Source: Auanema rhodensis (Eukaryota > Animalia > Nematoda). Taken from it: a stretch of 64,000 bases of DNA. The notes below the pieces were generated by a model. That model ran no database searches, had not been told where the DNA came from, and worked only from the letters and a program-made list of their open reading frames with translations. Positions 25,500 through 40,300 of this stretch are shown piece after piece (the stretch's first letter is position 1; each line of letters starts with the position of its first letter). A program made the position numbers and the translations under genes. The DNA lies in contig OZ059895.1 in NCBI GenBank assembly GCA_964057225.1, forward strand, positions 19,840,001 through 19,904,000. The letters are read 5' to 3'.

Positions 25500-28380
25500 T
25501 TTAAGCTGCGTCGATCTGTGTTATCAGATTTGCGCTAGCTTAAAAATGCACCGAGATATCAACTGATATAAGTTCACACTTAGATCCTCGATTTTCACCC
25601 TGAAGAATTAATTTTTTCGTTGAATAACAATGTCCATCGTCTTTGCCTCGAAAAAAGGAATCTAAAAACATCTACTTTTTGCTAAATTATTTTGAAATTT
25701 TTCGAAAAAATTTTTGTCAAAATGTTTTTGGAAGCAATGTTGAGTGTACATGGAAACTCAACATACACTAATGCATCATTTTTCAAACGATCATAACTAA
25801 TTTCTGTATTGAGCGTTTCTCAATGTAGTATAGTGCATTCGATGCGGATTTTTAAGCTGCGTCGATCTGTGTTATCAGATTTGCGCTAGCTTAAAAATGC
25901 ACCGAGATATCAACTGACATAAGTTCACACTTATATCCTCGATTTTCACCCTGAAGAATTAATTTTTTCGTTGAATAAAATTGTCCATCCTCTTTGCCTT
26001 GAAAAAAAAAATCTGAAAACATCTAATTTTTGCTAAATTATTTTGAAATTTTTCGAAAAAATTTTTGTCAAAATGTTTTTGGAAGCAATGTTGAGTGTAC
26101 ATGGAAACTCAACATACACTAATGCATCATTTTTTAAACGATCATAACTAATTTTTGTATTGAGCGTTTCTCAATGTAGTAAAGTGCATTCGATGCGGAT
26201 TTTTAAGCTGCGTCGATCTGTGTTATCAGATTTGCGCTAGCTTAAAAATGCACCGAGATATCAACTGATATAAGTTCACACATATATCCTCGATTTTCAC
26301 CCTGAAGAATTAATTTTTTCGTTGAATAACATTGTCCATCGTCTTTGCCTTGAAAAAAGGAATCTAAAAACATATACTTTTTGCTAAATTATTTTGAAAT
26401 TTTTCGAAAAAATTTTTGTCAAAATGTTTTTGGAAGCAATGTTGAGTGTACATGGAAACTCAACATACACTAATGCATCATTTTGCAAACGATCATAACT
26501 AATTTCTGTATTGAGCGTTTCTCAATGTAGTATAGTGCATTCGATGCGGATTTTTAAGCTGCGTCGATCTGTGTTATGAGATTTGCGCTAGCTTAAAAAT
26601 GCACCGAGATATCAACTGATATAAGTTCACACTTATATCCTCGATTTTCACCCTGAAGAATTAATTTTTTCGTTGAATAACATTGTTCATCGTTTTTGCC
26701 TTGAAAAAAGGAATCTAAAAACATCTACTTTTTGCAAAATTATTTTGAAATTTTTCGAAAAAATTTTTGTGAAAATGTTTTTGGAAGCAATGTTGAGTGT
26801 ACATGGAAACTCAACATACACTAATGCATCATTTTTCAAACGATCATAACTAATTTTTGTATTGAGCGTTTCTCAATGTAGTATAGTGCATTCGATGCGG
26901 ATTTTTAAGCTGCGTCGATCTGTGTTATCAGATTTGCGCTAGCTTAAAAATGCACCGAGATATCAACTGATATAAGTTCACACTTAGATCCTCGATTTTC
27001 ACCCTGAAGAATTAATTTTTTCGTTGAATAACAATGTCCATCGTCTTTGCCTTGAAAAAAGGAATCTAAAAACATCTACTTTTTGCTAAATTATTTTGAA
27101 ATTTTTCGAAAAAATTTTTGTCAAAATGTTTTTGGAAGCAATGTTGAGTGTACATGGAAACTCAACATACACTAATGCATCATTTTTCAAACGATCATAA
27201 CTAATTTCTGTATTGAGCGTTTCTCAATGTAGTATAGTGCATTCGATGCGGATTTTTAAGCTGCGTCGATCTGTGTTATCAGATTTGCGCTAGCTTAAAA
27301 ATGCACCGAGATATCAACTGACATAAGTTCACACTTATATCCTCGATTTTCACCCTGAAGAATTAATTTTTTCGTTGAATAAAATTGTCCATCGTCTTTG
27401 CCTTGAAAAAAAAAATCTGAAAACATCTAATTTTTGCTAAATTATTTTGAAATTTTTCGAAAAAATTTTTGTCAAAATGTTTTTGGAAGCAATGTTGAGT
27501 GTACATGGAAACTCAACATACACTAATGCATCATTTTTTAAACGATCATAACTAATTTTTGTATTGAGCGTTTCTCAATGTAGTAAAGTGCATTCGATGC
27601 GGATTTTTAAGCTGCGTCGATCTGTGTTATCAGATTTGCGCTAGCTTAAAAATGCACCGAGATATCAACTGATATAAGTTCACACATATATCCTCGATTT
27701 TCACCCTGAAGAATTAATTTTTTCGTTGAATAACATTGTCCATCGTCTTTGCCTTGAAAAAAGGAATCTAAAAACATATACTTTTTGCTAAATTATTTTG
27801 AAATTTTTCGAAAAAATTTTTGTCAAAATGTTTTTGGAAGCAATGTTGAGTGTACATGGAAACTCAACATACACTAATGCATCATTTTGCAAACGATCAT
27901 AACTAATTTCTGTATTGAGCGTTTCTCAATGTAGTATAGTGCATTCGATGCGGATTTTTAAGCTGCGTCGATCTGTGTTATGAGATTTGCGCTAGCTTAA
28001 AAATGCACCGAGATATCAACTGATATAAGTTCACACTTATATCCTCGATTTTCACCCTGAAGAATTAATTTTTTCGTTGAATAACATTGTTCATCGTTTT
28101 TGCCTTGAAAAAAGGAATCTAAAAACATCTACTTTTTGCAAAATTATTTTGAAATTTTTCGAAAAAATTTTTGTGAAAATGTTTTTGGAAGCAATGTTGA
28201 GTGTACATGGAAACTCAACATACACTAATGCATCATTTTTCAAACGATCATAACTAATTTTTGTATTGAGCGTTTCTCAATGTAGTATAGTGCATTCGAT
28301 GCGGATTTTTAAGCTGCGTCGATCTGTGTTATCAGATTTGCGCTAGCTTAAAAATGCACCGAGATATCAACTGATATAAG
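25500..28380 (+). repeat. 4-mer HOR (1404 bp) x2 of variant-rich monomers
   Basis: GACATAAG ~25916/27320, AATAAAATTG 25974/27378, TAGTAAAG ~26177/27581, TTATGAGA ~26574/27978, TTGTTCATCG ~26683/28087. Confidence 0.9.
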
Positions 28381-31300
28381 TTAACACTTATATCCTCGAT
28401 TTTCACCCTGAAGAATTAATTTTTTCGTTGAATAACATTGTCCATCGTCTTTGCCTTGAAAGAAAGAATCTGAAAACATCTACTTTTTGCAAAATTATTT
28501 TGAAATTTTTCGAAAAAATTTTTGTGAAAATGTTTTTGGAAGCAATGTTGAGTGTACATGGAAACTCAACATACACTAATGCATCATTTTTCAAACGATC
28601 ATAACTAATTTTTGTATTGAGCGTTTCTCAATGTGGTATAGTGCATTCGATGCGGATTTTTAAGCTGCGTCGATCTGTGTTATCAGATTTGCGCTAGCTT
28701 AAAAATGCACCGAGATATCAACTGATATAAGTTAACACTTATATCCTCGATTTTCACCCTGAAGAATTAATTTTTTTGTTGAATAACATTGTCCATCGTC
28801 TTTGCCTTGAAAGAAAGAATCTGAAAACATCTACTTTTTGCTAAATTATTTTGAAATTTTTCGAAAAAATTTTTGTCAAAATGTTTTTGGAAGCAATGTT
28901 GAGTGTACATGGAAACTCAACATACACTAATGCATCATTTTTCAAACGATCATAACTAATTTTTGTATTGAGCGTTTCTCAATGTAGTATAGTGCATTCG
29001 ATGCGGATTTTTAAGCTGCGTCGATCTGTGTTATCAGATTTGCGCTAGCTTAAAAATGCACCGAGATATCAACTGATATATGTTCACACTTAGATCCTCG
29101 ATTTTCACCCTGAAGAGTTAATTTTTTCGTTGAATAACAATGTCCATCGTCTTTGCCTTGAAAGAAAGAATCTGAAAACATCTACTTTTTGCTAATATAT
29201 TTTGAAATTTTTGAAAAAATTTTTGTCAAAATGTTTTTGGAAGCAATGTTGAGTGTACATGGAAACTCAACATACACTAATGCATCATTTTTCAAACGAT
29301 CATAACTAATTTTTGTATTGAGCGTTTCTCAATGTAGTATAGTGCATTCGATGCGGATTTTTAAGCTGCGTCGATCTGTGTTATCAGATTTGCGCTAGCT
29401 TAAAAATGCACCGAGATATCAACTGATATATGTTCACACTTAGATCCTCGATTTTCACCCTGAAGAATTAATTTTTTCGTTGAATAACAATGTCCATCGT
29501 CTTTGCCTTGAAAGAAAGAATCTGAAAACATCTACTTTTTGCTAAATTATTTTGAAATTTTTCGAAAAAATTTTTGTCAAAATGTTTTTGGAAGCAATGT
29601 TGAGTGTACATGGAAACTCAACATACACTAATGCATCATTTTGCAAACGATCATAACTAATTTCTGTATTGAGCGTTTCTCAATGTAGTATAGTGCAATC
29701 GATGCGGATTTTTAAGCTGCGTCGATCTGTGTTATCAGATTTGCGCTAGCTTAAAAATGCACCGAGATATCAACTGATATAAGTTCACACTTATATCCTC
29801 GATTTTCACCCTGAAGAATTAATTTTTTCGTTGAATAACATTGTCCATCGTTTTTGCCTTGAAAAAAGGAATCTAAAAACATCTACTTTTTGCAAAATTA
29901 TTTTGAAATTTTTCGAAAAAATTTTTGTCAAAATGTTTTTGGAAGCAATGTTGAGTGTACATGGAAACTCAACATACACTAATGCATCATTTTTCAAACG
30001 ATCATAACTAATTTTTGTATTAAGCTTTTCTCAATGTAGTGTAGTGCATTCGATGCGGATTTTTGAGCTGCGTCGATCTGTGTTATCAGATTTGCGCTAG
30101 CTTGAAAATGCACCGAGATATCAACTGATATAAGTTCACACTTACATCCTCGATTTTCACCCTGAAGAATTAATTTTTTCGTTGAATAACATTGTCCATC
30201 GTCTTTGCCTTGAAAGAAAGAATCTGAAAACATCTACTTTTTGCTAATATATTTTGAAATTTTTGAAAAAATTTTCGTCAAAATGTTTTTGGAAGCAATG
30301 TTGAGTGTACATGGAAACTCAACATACACTAATGCATCATTTTTCAAACGATCATAACTAATTTTTGTATTGAGCGTTTCTCAATGTAGTATAGTGCATT
30401 CGATGCGGATTTTTAAGCTGCGTCGATCTGTGTTATCAGATTTGCGCTAGCTTAAAAATGCACCGAGATATCAACTGATATAAGTTAACACTTATATCCT
30501 CGATTTTCACCCTGAAGAATTAATTTTTTTGTTGAATAACATTGTCCATCGTCTTTGCCTTGAAAGAAATAATCTGAAAACATCTACTTTTTGCTAAATT
30601 ATTTTGAAATTTTTCGAAAAAATTTTTGTCAAAATGTTTTTGGAAGCAATGTTGAGTGTACATGAAACTCAACATACACTAATGCATCATTTTTCAAACG
30701 ATCATAACTAATTTTTGTATTGAGCGTTTCTCAATGTAGTATAGTGCATTCGATGCGGATTTTTAAGCTGCGTCGATCTGTGTTATCAGATTTGCGCTAG
30801 CTTAAAAATGCACCGAGATATCAACTGATATAAGTTCACACTTATATCCTCGATTTTCACCCTGAAGAATTAATTTTTTCGTTGAATAACATTGTCCATC
30901 GTTTTTGCCTTGAAAAAAGGAATCTAAAAACATCTACTTTTTGCAAAATTATTTTGAAATTTTTCGAAAAAATTTTTGTCAAAATGTTTTTGGAAGCAAT
31001 GTTGAGTGTACATGGAAACTCAACATACACTAATGCATCATTTTTCAAACGATCATAACTAATTTTTGTATTAAGCTTTTCTCAATGTAGTGTAGTGCAT
31101 TCGATGCGGATTTTTGAGCTGCGTCGATCTGTGTTATCAGATTTGCGCTAGCTTGAAAATGCACCGAGATATCAACTGATATAAGTTCACACTTACATCC
31201 TCGATTTTCACCCTGAAGAATTAATTTTTTCGTTGAATAACATTGTCCATCGTCTTTGCCTTGAAAGAAAGAATCTGAAAACATCTACTTTTTGCTAATA

Positions 31301-34300
31301 TATTTTGAAATTTTTGAAAAAATTTTCGTCAAAATGTTTTTGGAAGCAATGTTGAGTGTACATGGAAACTCAACATACACTAATGCATCATTTTTCAAAC
31401 GATCATAACTAATTTTTGTATTGAGCGTTTCTCAATGTAGTATAGTGCATTCGATGCGGATTTTTAAGCTGCGTCGATCTGTGTTATCAGATTTGCGCTA
31501 GCTTAAAAATGCACCGAGATATCAACTGATATAAGTTAACACTTATATCCTCGATTTTCACCCTGAAGAATTAATTTTTTTGTTGAATAACATTGTCCAT
31601 CGTCTTTGCCTTGAAAGAAATAATCTGAAAACATCTACTTTTTGCTAAATTATTTTGAAATTTTTCGAAAAAATTTTTGTCAAAATGTTTTTGGAAGCAA
31701 TGTTGAGTGTACATGAAACTCAACATACACTAATGCATCATTTTTCAAACGATCATAACTAATTTTTGTATTGAGCGTTTCTCAATGTAGTATAGTGCAT
31801 TCGATGCGGATTTTTAAGCTGCGTCGATCTGTGTTATCAGATTTGCGCTAGCTTAAAAATGCACCGAGATATCAACTGATATAAGTTCACACTTATATCC
31901 TCGATTTTCACCCTGAAGAATTAATTTTTTCGTTGAATAACATTGTTCATCGTTTTTGCCTTGAAAAAAGGAATCTAAAAACATCTACTTTTTGCAAAAT
32001 TATTTTGAAATTTTTCGAAAAAATTTTTGTGAAAATGTTTTTGGAAGCAATGTTGAGTGTACATGGAAACTCAACATACACTAATGCATCATTTTTCAAA
32101 CGATCATAACTAATTTTTGTATTAAGCTTTTCTCAATGTAGTATAGTGCATTCGATGCGGATTTTTAAGCTGCGTCGATCTGTGTTATCAGATTTGCGCT
32201 AGCTTGAAAATGCACCGAGATATCAACTGATATAAGTTCACACTTACATCCTCGATTTTCACCCTGAAGAATTAATTTTTTCGTTGAATAACATTGTCCA
32301 TCGTCTTTGCCTTGAAAGAAAGAATCTGAAAACATCTACTTTTTGCTAAATTATTTTGAAATTTTTCGAAAAAATTTTTGTCAAAATGTTTTTGGAAGCA
32401 ATGTTGAGTGTACATGGAAACTCAACATACACTAATGCATCATTTTTCAAACGATCATAACTAATTTTTGTATTGAGCGTTTCTCAATGTAGTATAGTGC
32501 ATTCGATGCGGATTTTTAAGCTGCGTCGATCTGTGTTATCAGATTTGCGCTAGCTTAAAAATGCACCGAGATATCAACTGATATATGTTCACACTTAGAT
32601 CCTCGATTTTCACCCTGAAGAATTAATTTTTTCGTTGAATAACAATGTCCATCGTCTTTGCCTTGAAAGAAAGAATCTGAAAACATCTACTTTTTGCTAA
32701 ATTATTTTGAAATTTTTCGAAAAAATTTTTGTCAAAATGTTTTTGGAAGCAATGTTGAGTGTACATGGAAACTCAACATACACTAATGCATCATTTTTCA
32801 AACGATCATAACTAATTTTTGTATTGAGCGTTTCTCAATGTAGTATAGTGCATTCGATGCGGATTTTTAAGCTGCGTCGATCTGTGTTATCAGATTTGCG
32901 CTAGCTTAAAAATGCACCGAGATATCAACTGATATATGTTCACACTTAGATCCTCGATTTTCACCCTGAAGAATTAATTTTTTCGTTGAATAACAATGTC
33001 CATCGTCTTTGCCTTGAAAGAAAGAATCTGAAAACATCTACTTTTTGCTAAATTATTTTGAAATTTTTCGAAAAAATTTTTGTCAAAATGTTTTTGGAAG
33101 CAATGTTGAGTGTACATGGAAACTCAACATACACTAATGCATCATTTTTCAAACGATCATAACTAATTTTTGTATTGAGCGTTTCTCAATGTAGTATAGT
33201 GCATTCGATGCGGTTTTTTAAGCTGCGTCGATCTGTGTTATCAGATTTGCGCTAGCTTAAAAATGCACCGAGATATCAACTGATATATGTTCACACTTAT
33301 ATCCTCGATTTTCACCCTGAAGAATTAATTTTTTTGTTGAATAACAATGTCCATCGTCTTTGCCTTGAAAGAAAGAATCTGAAAACCTCTACTTTTTGCT
33401 AAATTATTTTGAAATTTTTCGAAAAAATTTTTGTCAAAATGTTTTTGGAAGCAATGTTGAGTGTACATGGAAACTCAACATACACTAATGCATCATTTTT
33501 CAAACGATCATAACTAATTTTTGTATTGAGCGTTTCTCAATGTAGTATAGTGCATTCGATGCGGATTTTTAAGCTGCGTCGATCTGTGTTATCAGATTTG
33601 CGCTAGCTTAAAAATGCACCGAGATATCAACTGATATATGTTCACACTTAGATCCTCGATTTTCACCCTGAAGAATTAATTTTTTCGTTGAATAACAATG
33701 TCCATCGTCTTTGCCTTGAAAGAAAGAATCTGAAAACATCTACTTTTTGCTAAATTATTTTGAAATTTTTCGAAAAAATTTTTGTCAAAATGTTTTTGGA
33801 AGCAATGTTGAGTGTACATGGAAACTCAACATACACTAATGCATCATTTTGCAAACGATCATAACTAATTTCTGTATTGAGCGTTTCTCAATGTAGTATA
33901 GTGCATTCGATGCGGATTTTTAAGCTGCGTCGATCTGTGTTATCAGATTTGCGCTAGCTTAAAAATGCACCGAGATATCAACTGATATAAGTTCACACTT
34001 ATATCCTCGATTTTCACCCTGAAGAATTAATTTTTTCGTTGAATAACATTGTCCATCGTTTTTGCCTTGAAAAAAGGAATCTAAAAACATCTACTTTTTG
34101 CAAAATTATTTTGAAATTTTTCGAAAAAATTTTTGTCAAAATGTTTTTGGAAGCAATGTTGAGTGTACATGGAAACTCAACATACACTAATGCATCATTT
34201 TTCAAACGATCATAACTAATTTTTGTATTAAGCTTTTCTCAATGTAGTGTAGTGCATTCGATGCGGATTTTTGAGCTGCGTCGATCTGTGTTATCAGATT

Positions 34301-37300
34301 TGCGCTAGCTTGAAAATGCACCGAGATATCAACTGATATAAGTTCACACTTACATCCTCGATTTTCACCCTGAAGAATTAATTTTTTCGTTGAATAACAT
34401 TGTCCATCGTCTTTGCCTTGAAAGAAAGAATCTGAAAACATCTACTTTTTGCTAATATATTTTGAAATTTTTGAAAAAATTTTCGTCAAAATGTTTTTGG
34501 AAGCAATGTTGAGTGTACATGGAAACTCAACATACACTAATGCATCATTTTTCAAACGATCATAACTAATTTTTGTATTGAGCGTTTCTCAATGTAGTAT
34601 AGTGCATTCGATGCGGATTTTTAAGCTGCGTCGATCTGTGTTATCAGATTTGCGCTAGCTTAAAAATGCACCGAGATATCAACTGATATAAGTTAACACT
34701 TATATCCTCGATTTTCACCCTGAAGAATTAATTTTTTTGTTGAATAACATTGTCCATCGTCTTTGCCTTGAAAGAAAGAATCTGAAAACATCTACTTTTT
34801 GCTAAATTATTTTGAAATTTTTCGAAAAAATTTTTGTCAAAATGTTTTTGGAAGCAATGTTGAGTGTACATGGAAACTCAACATACACTAATGCATCATT
34901 TTTCAAACGATCATAACTAATTTTTGTATTGAGCGTTTCTCAATGTAGTATAGTGCATTCGATGCGGATTTTTAAGCTGCGTCGATCTGTGTTATCAGAT
35001 TTGCGCTAGCTTAAAAATGCACCGAGATATCAACTGATATATGTTCACACTTAGATCCTCGATTTTCACCCTGAAGAATTAATTTTTTCGTTGAATAACA
35101 ATGTCCATCGTCTTTGCCTTGAAAGAAAGAATCTGAAAACATCTACTTTTTGCTAAATTATTTTGAAATTTTTCGAAAAAATTTTTGTCAAAATGTTTTT
35201 GGAAGCAATGTTGAGTGTACATGGAAACTCAACATACACTAATGCATCATTTTGCAAACGATCATAACTAATTTCTGTATTGAGCGTTTCTCAATGTAGT
35301 ATAGTGCATTCGATGCGGATTTTTAAGCTGCGTCGATCTGTGTTATCAGATTTGCGCTAGCTTAAAAATGCACCGAGATATCAACTGATATAAGTTCACA
35401 CTTATATCCTCGATTTTCACCCTGAAGAATTAATTTTTTCGTTGAATAACATTGTCCATCGTTTTTGCCTTGAAAAAAGGAATCTAAAAACATCTACTTT
35501 TTGCAAAATTATTTTGAAATTTTTCGAAAAAATTTTTGTCAAAATGTTTTTGGAAGCAATGTTGAGTGTACATGGAAACTCAACATACACTAATGCATCA
35601 TTTTTCAAACGATCATAACTAATTTTTGTATTAAGCTTTTCTCAATGTAGTGTAGTGCATTCGATGCGGATTTTTGAGCTGCGTCGATCTGTGTTATCAG
35701 ATTTGCGCTAGCTTGAAAATGCACCGAGATATCAACTGATATAAGTTCACACTTACATCCTCGATTTTCACCCTGAAGAATTAATTTTTTCGTTGAATAA
35801 CATTGTCCATCGTCTTTGCCTTGAAAGAAAGAATCTGAAAACATCTACTTTTTGCTAATATATTTTGAAATTTTTGAAAAAATTTTCGTCAAAATGTTTT
35901 TGGAAGCAATGTTGAGTGTACATGGAAACTCAACATACACTAATGCATCATTTTTCAAACGATCATAACTAATTTTTGTATTGAGCGTTTCTCAATGTAG
36001 TATAGTGCATTCGATGCGGATTTTTAAGCTGCGTCGATCTGTGTTATCAGATTTGCGCTAGCTTAAAAATGCACCGAGATATCAACTGATATAAGTTAAC
36101 ACTTATATCCTCGATTTTCACCCTGAAGAATTAATTTTTTTGTTGAATAACATTGTCCATCGTCTTTGCCTTGAAAGAAAGAATCTGAAAACATCTACTT
36201 TTTGCTAAATTATTTTGAAATTTTTCGAAAAAATTTTTGTCAAAATGTTTTTGGAAGCAATGTTGAGTGTACATGGAAACTCAACATACACTAATGCATC
36301 ATTTTTCAAACGATCATAACTAATTTTTGTATTGAGCGTTTCTCAATGTAGTATAGTGCATTCGATGCGGATTTTTAAGCTGCGTCGATCTGTGTTATCA
36401 GATTTGCGCTAGCTTAAAAATGCACCGAGATATCAACTGATATATGTTCACACTTAGATCCTCGATTTTCACCCTGAAGAATTAATTTTTTCGTTGAATA
36501 ACAATGTCCATCGTCTTTGCCTTGAAAGAAAGAATCTGAAAACATCTACTTTTTGCTAAATTATTTTGAAATTTTTCGAAAAAATTTTTGTCAAAATGTT
36601 TTTGGAAGCAATGTTGAGTGTACATGGAAACTCAACATACACTAATGCATCATTTTGCAAACGATCATAACTAATTTCTGTATTGAGCGTTTCTCAATGT
36701 AGTATAGTGCATTCGATGCGGATTTTTAAGCTGCGTCGATCTGTGTTATCAGATTTGCGCTAGCTTAAAAATGCACCGAGATATCAACTGATATAAGTTC
36801 ACACTTATATCCTCGATTTTCACCCTGAAGAATTAATTTTTTCGTTGAATAACATTGTCCATCGTTTTTGCCTTGAAAAAAGGAATCTAAAAACATCTAC
36901 TTTTTGCAAAATTATTTTGAAATTTTTCGAAAAAATTTTTGTCAAAATGTTTTTGGAAGCAATGTTGAGTGTACATGGAAACTCAACATACACTAATGCA
37001 TCATTTTTCAAACGATCATAACTAATTTTTGTATTAAGCTTTTCTCAATTTAGTGTAGTGCATTCGATGCGGATTTTTGAGCTGCGTCGATCTGTGTTAT
37101 CAGATTTGCGCTAGCTTGAAAATGCACCGAGATATCAACTGATATAAGTTCACACTTACATCCTCGATTTTCACCCTGAAGAATTAATTTTTTCGTTGAA
37201 TAACATTGTCCATCGTCTTTGCCTTGAAAGAAAGAATCTGAAAACATCTACTTTTTGCTAATATATTTTGAAATTTTTGAAAAAATTTTCGTCAAAATGT

Positions 37301-40300
37301 TTTTGGAAGCAATGTTGAGTGTACATGGAAACTCAACATACACTAATGCATCATTTTTCAAACGATCATAACTAATTTTTGTATTGAGCGTTTCTCAATG
37401 TAGTATAGTGCATTCGATGCGGATTTTTAAGCTGCGTCGATCTGTGTTATCAGATTTGCCCTAGCTTAAAAATGCACCGAGATATCAACTGATATAAGTT
37501 AACACTTATATCCTCGATTTTCACCCTGAAGAATTAATTTTTTTGTTGAATAACATTGTCCATCGTCTTTGCCTTGAAAGAAAGAATCTGAAAACATCTA
37601 CTTTTTGCTAAATTATTTTGAAATTTTTCGAAAAAATTTTTGTCAAAATGTTTTTGGAAGCAATGTTGAGTGTACATGAAACTCAACATACACTAATGCA
37701 TCATTTTTCAAACGATCATAACTAATTTTTGTATTGAGCGTTTCTCAATGTAGTATAGTGCATTCGATGCGGATTTTTAAGCTGCGTCGATCTGTGTTAT
37801 CAGATTTGCGCTAGCTTAAAAATGCACCGAGATATCAACTGATATATGTTCACACTTAGATCCTCGATTTTCACCCTGAAGAATTAATTTTTTCGTTGAA
37901 TAACAATGTCCATCGTCTTTGCCTTGAAAGAAAGAATCTGAAAACATCTACTTTTTGCTAAATTATTTTGAAATTTTTCGAAAAAATTTTTGTCAAAATG
38001 TTTTTGGAAGCAATGTTGAGTGTACATGGAAACTCAACATATACTAATGCATCATTTTTCAAACGATCATAACTAATTTTTGTATTAAGCGTTTCTCAAT
38101 GTAGTATAGTGCATTCGATGCGGATTTTTAAGCTGCGTCGATCTGTGTTTTCAGATTTGCGCTAGCTTAAAAATGCACCGAGATATCAACTGATATAAGT
38201 TAACACTTATATCCTCGATTTTCACCCTGAAGAATTAATTTTTTTGTTGAATAACATTGTCCATCGTCTTTGCCTTGAAAAAAGGAATCTAAAAACATCT
38301 ACTTTTTGCTAAATTATTTTGAAATTTTTCGAAAAAATTTTTGTCAAAATGTTTTTGGAAGCAATGTTGAGTGTACATGGAAACTCAACATACACTAATG
38401 CATCATTTTTCAAACGATCATAACTAATTTTTGTATTGAGCGTTTCTCAATGAGTATAGTGCATTCGATGCGGATTTTTAAGCTGCGTCGATCTGTGTTA
38501 TCAGATTTGCGCTAGCTTAAAAATGCACCGAGATATCAACTGATATATGTTCACACTTAGATCCTCGATTTTCACCCTGAAGAATTAATTTTTTTGTTGA
38601 ATAACATTGTCCATCGTCTTTGCCTTGAAAGAAAGAATCTGAAAACATCTACTTTTTGCAAAATTATTTTGAAATTTTTCGAAAAAATTTTTGTCAAAAT
38701 GTTTTTGGAAGCAATGTTGAGTGTACATGGAAACTCAACATACACTAATGCATCATTTTTCAAACGATCATAACTAATTTTTGTATTAAGCTTTTCTCAA
38801 TTTAGTGTAGTGCATTCGATGCGGATTTTTGAGCTGCGTCGATCTGTGTTATCAGATTTGCGCTAGCTTGAAAATGCACCGAGATATCAACTGATATAAG
38901 TTCACACTTACATCCTCGATTTTCACCCTGAAGAATTAATTTTTTCGTTGAATAACATTGTCCATCGTCTTTGCCTTGAAAGAAAGAATCTGAAAACATC
39001 TACTTTTTGCTAATATATTTTGAAATTTTTGAAAAAATTTTCGTCAAAATGTTTTTGGAAGCAATGTTGAGTGTACATGGAAACTCAACATACACTAATG
39101 CATCATTTTTCAAACGATCATAACTAATTTTTGTATTGAGCGTTTCTCAATGTAGTATAGTGCATTCGATGCGGATTTTTAAGCTGCGTCGATCTGTGTT
39201 ATCAGATTTGCGCTAGCTTAAAAATGCACCGAGATATCAACTGATATATGTTCACACTTAGATCCTCGATTTTCACCCTGAAGAATTAATTTTTTCGTTG
39301 AATAACATTGTCCATCGTCTTTGCCTTGAAAGAAAGAATCTGAAAACATCTACTTTTTGCTAAATTATTTTGAAATTTTTCGAAAAAATTTTTGTCAAAA
39401 TGTTTTTGGAAGCAATGTTGAGTGTACATGGAAACTCAACATATACTAATGCATCATTTTTCAAACGATCATAACTAATTTTTGTATTAAGCGTTTCTCA
39501 ATGTAGTATAGTGCATTCGATGCGGATTTTTAAGCTGCGTCGATCTGTGTTTTCAGATTTGCGCTAGCTTAAAAATGCACCGAGATATCAACTGATATAA
39601 GTTCACACTTACATCCTCGATTTTCACCCTGAAGAATTAATTTTTTCGTTGAATAACATTGTCCATCGTCTTTGCCTTGAAAGAAAGAATCTGAAAACAT
39701 CTACTTTTTGCTAAATTATTTTGAAATTTTTCGAAAAAATTTTTGTCAAAATGTTTTTGGAAGCAATGTTGAGTGTACATGGAAACTCAACATATACTAA
39801 TGCATCATTTTTCAAACGATCATAACTAATTTTTGTATTAAGCGTTTCTCAATGTAGTATAGTGCATTCGATGCGGATTTTTAAGCTGCGTCGATCTGTG
39901 TTTTCAGATTTGCGCTAGCTTAAAAATGCACCGAGATATCAACTGATATAAGTTAACACTTATATCCTCGATTTTCACCCTGAAGAATTAATTTTTTTGT
40001 TGAATAACATTGTCCATCGTCTTTGCCTTGAAAAAAGGAATCTAAAAACATCTACTTTTTGCTAAATTATTTTGAAATTTTTCGAAAAAATTTTTGTCAA
40101 AATGTTTTTGGAAGCAATGTTGAGTGTACATGGAAACTCAACATACACTAATGCATCATTTTTCAAACGATCATAACTAATTTTTGTATTAAGCTTTTCT
40201 CAATTTAGTGTAGTGCATTCGATGCGGATTTTTGAGCTGCGTCGATCTGTGTTATCAGATTTGCGCTAGCTTGAAAATGCACCGAGATATCAACTGATAT

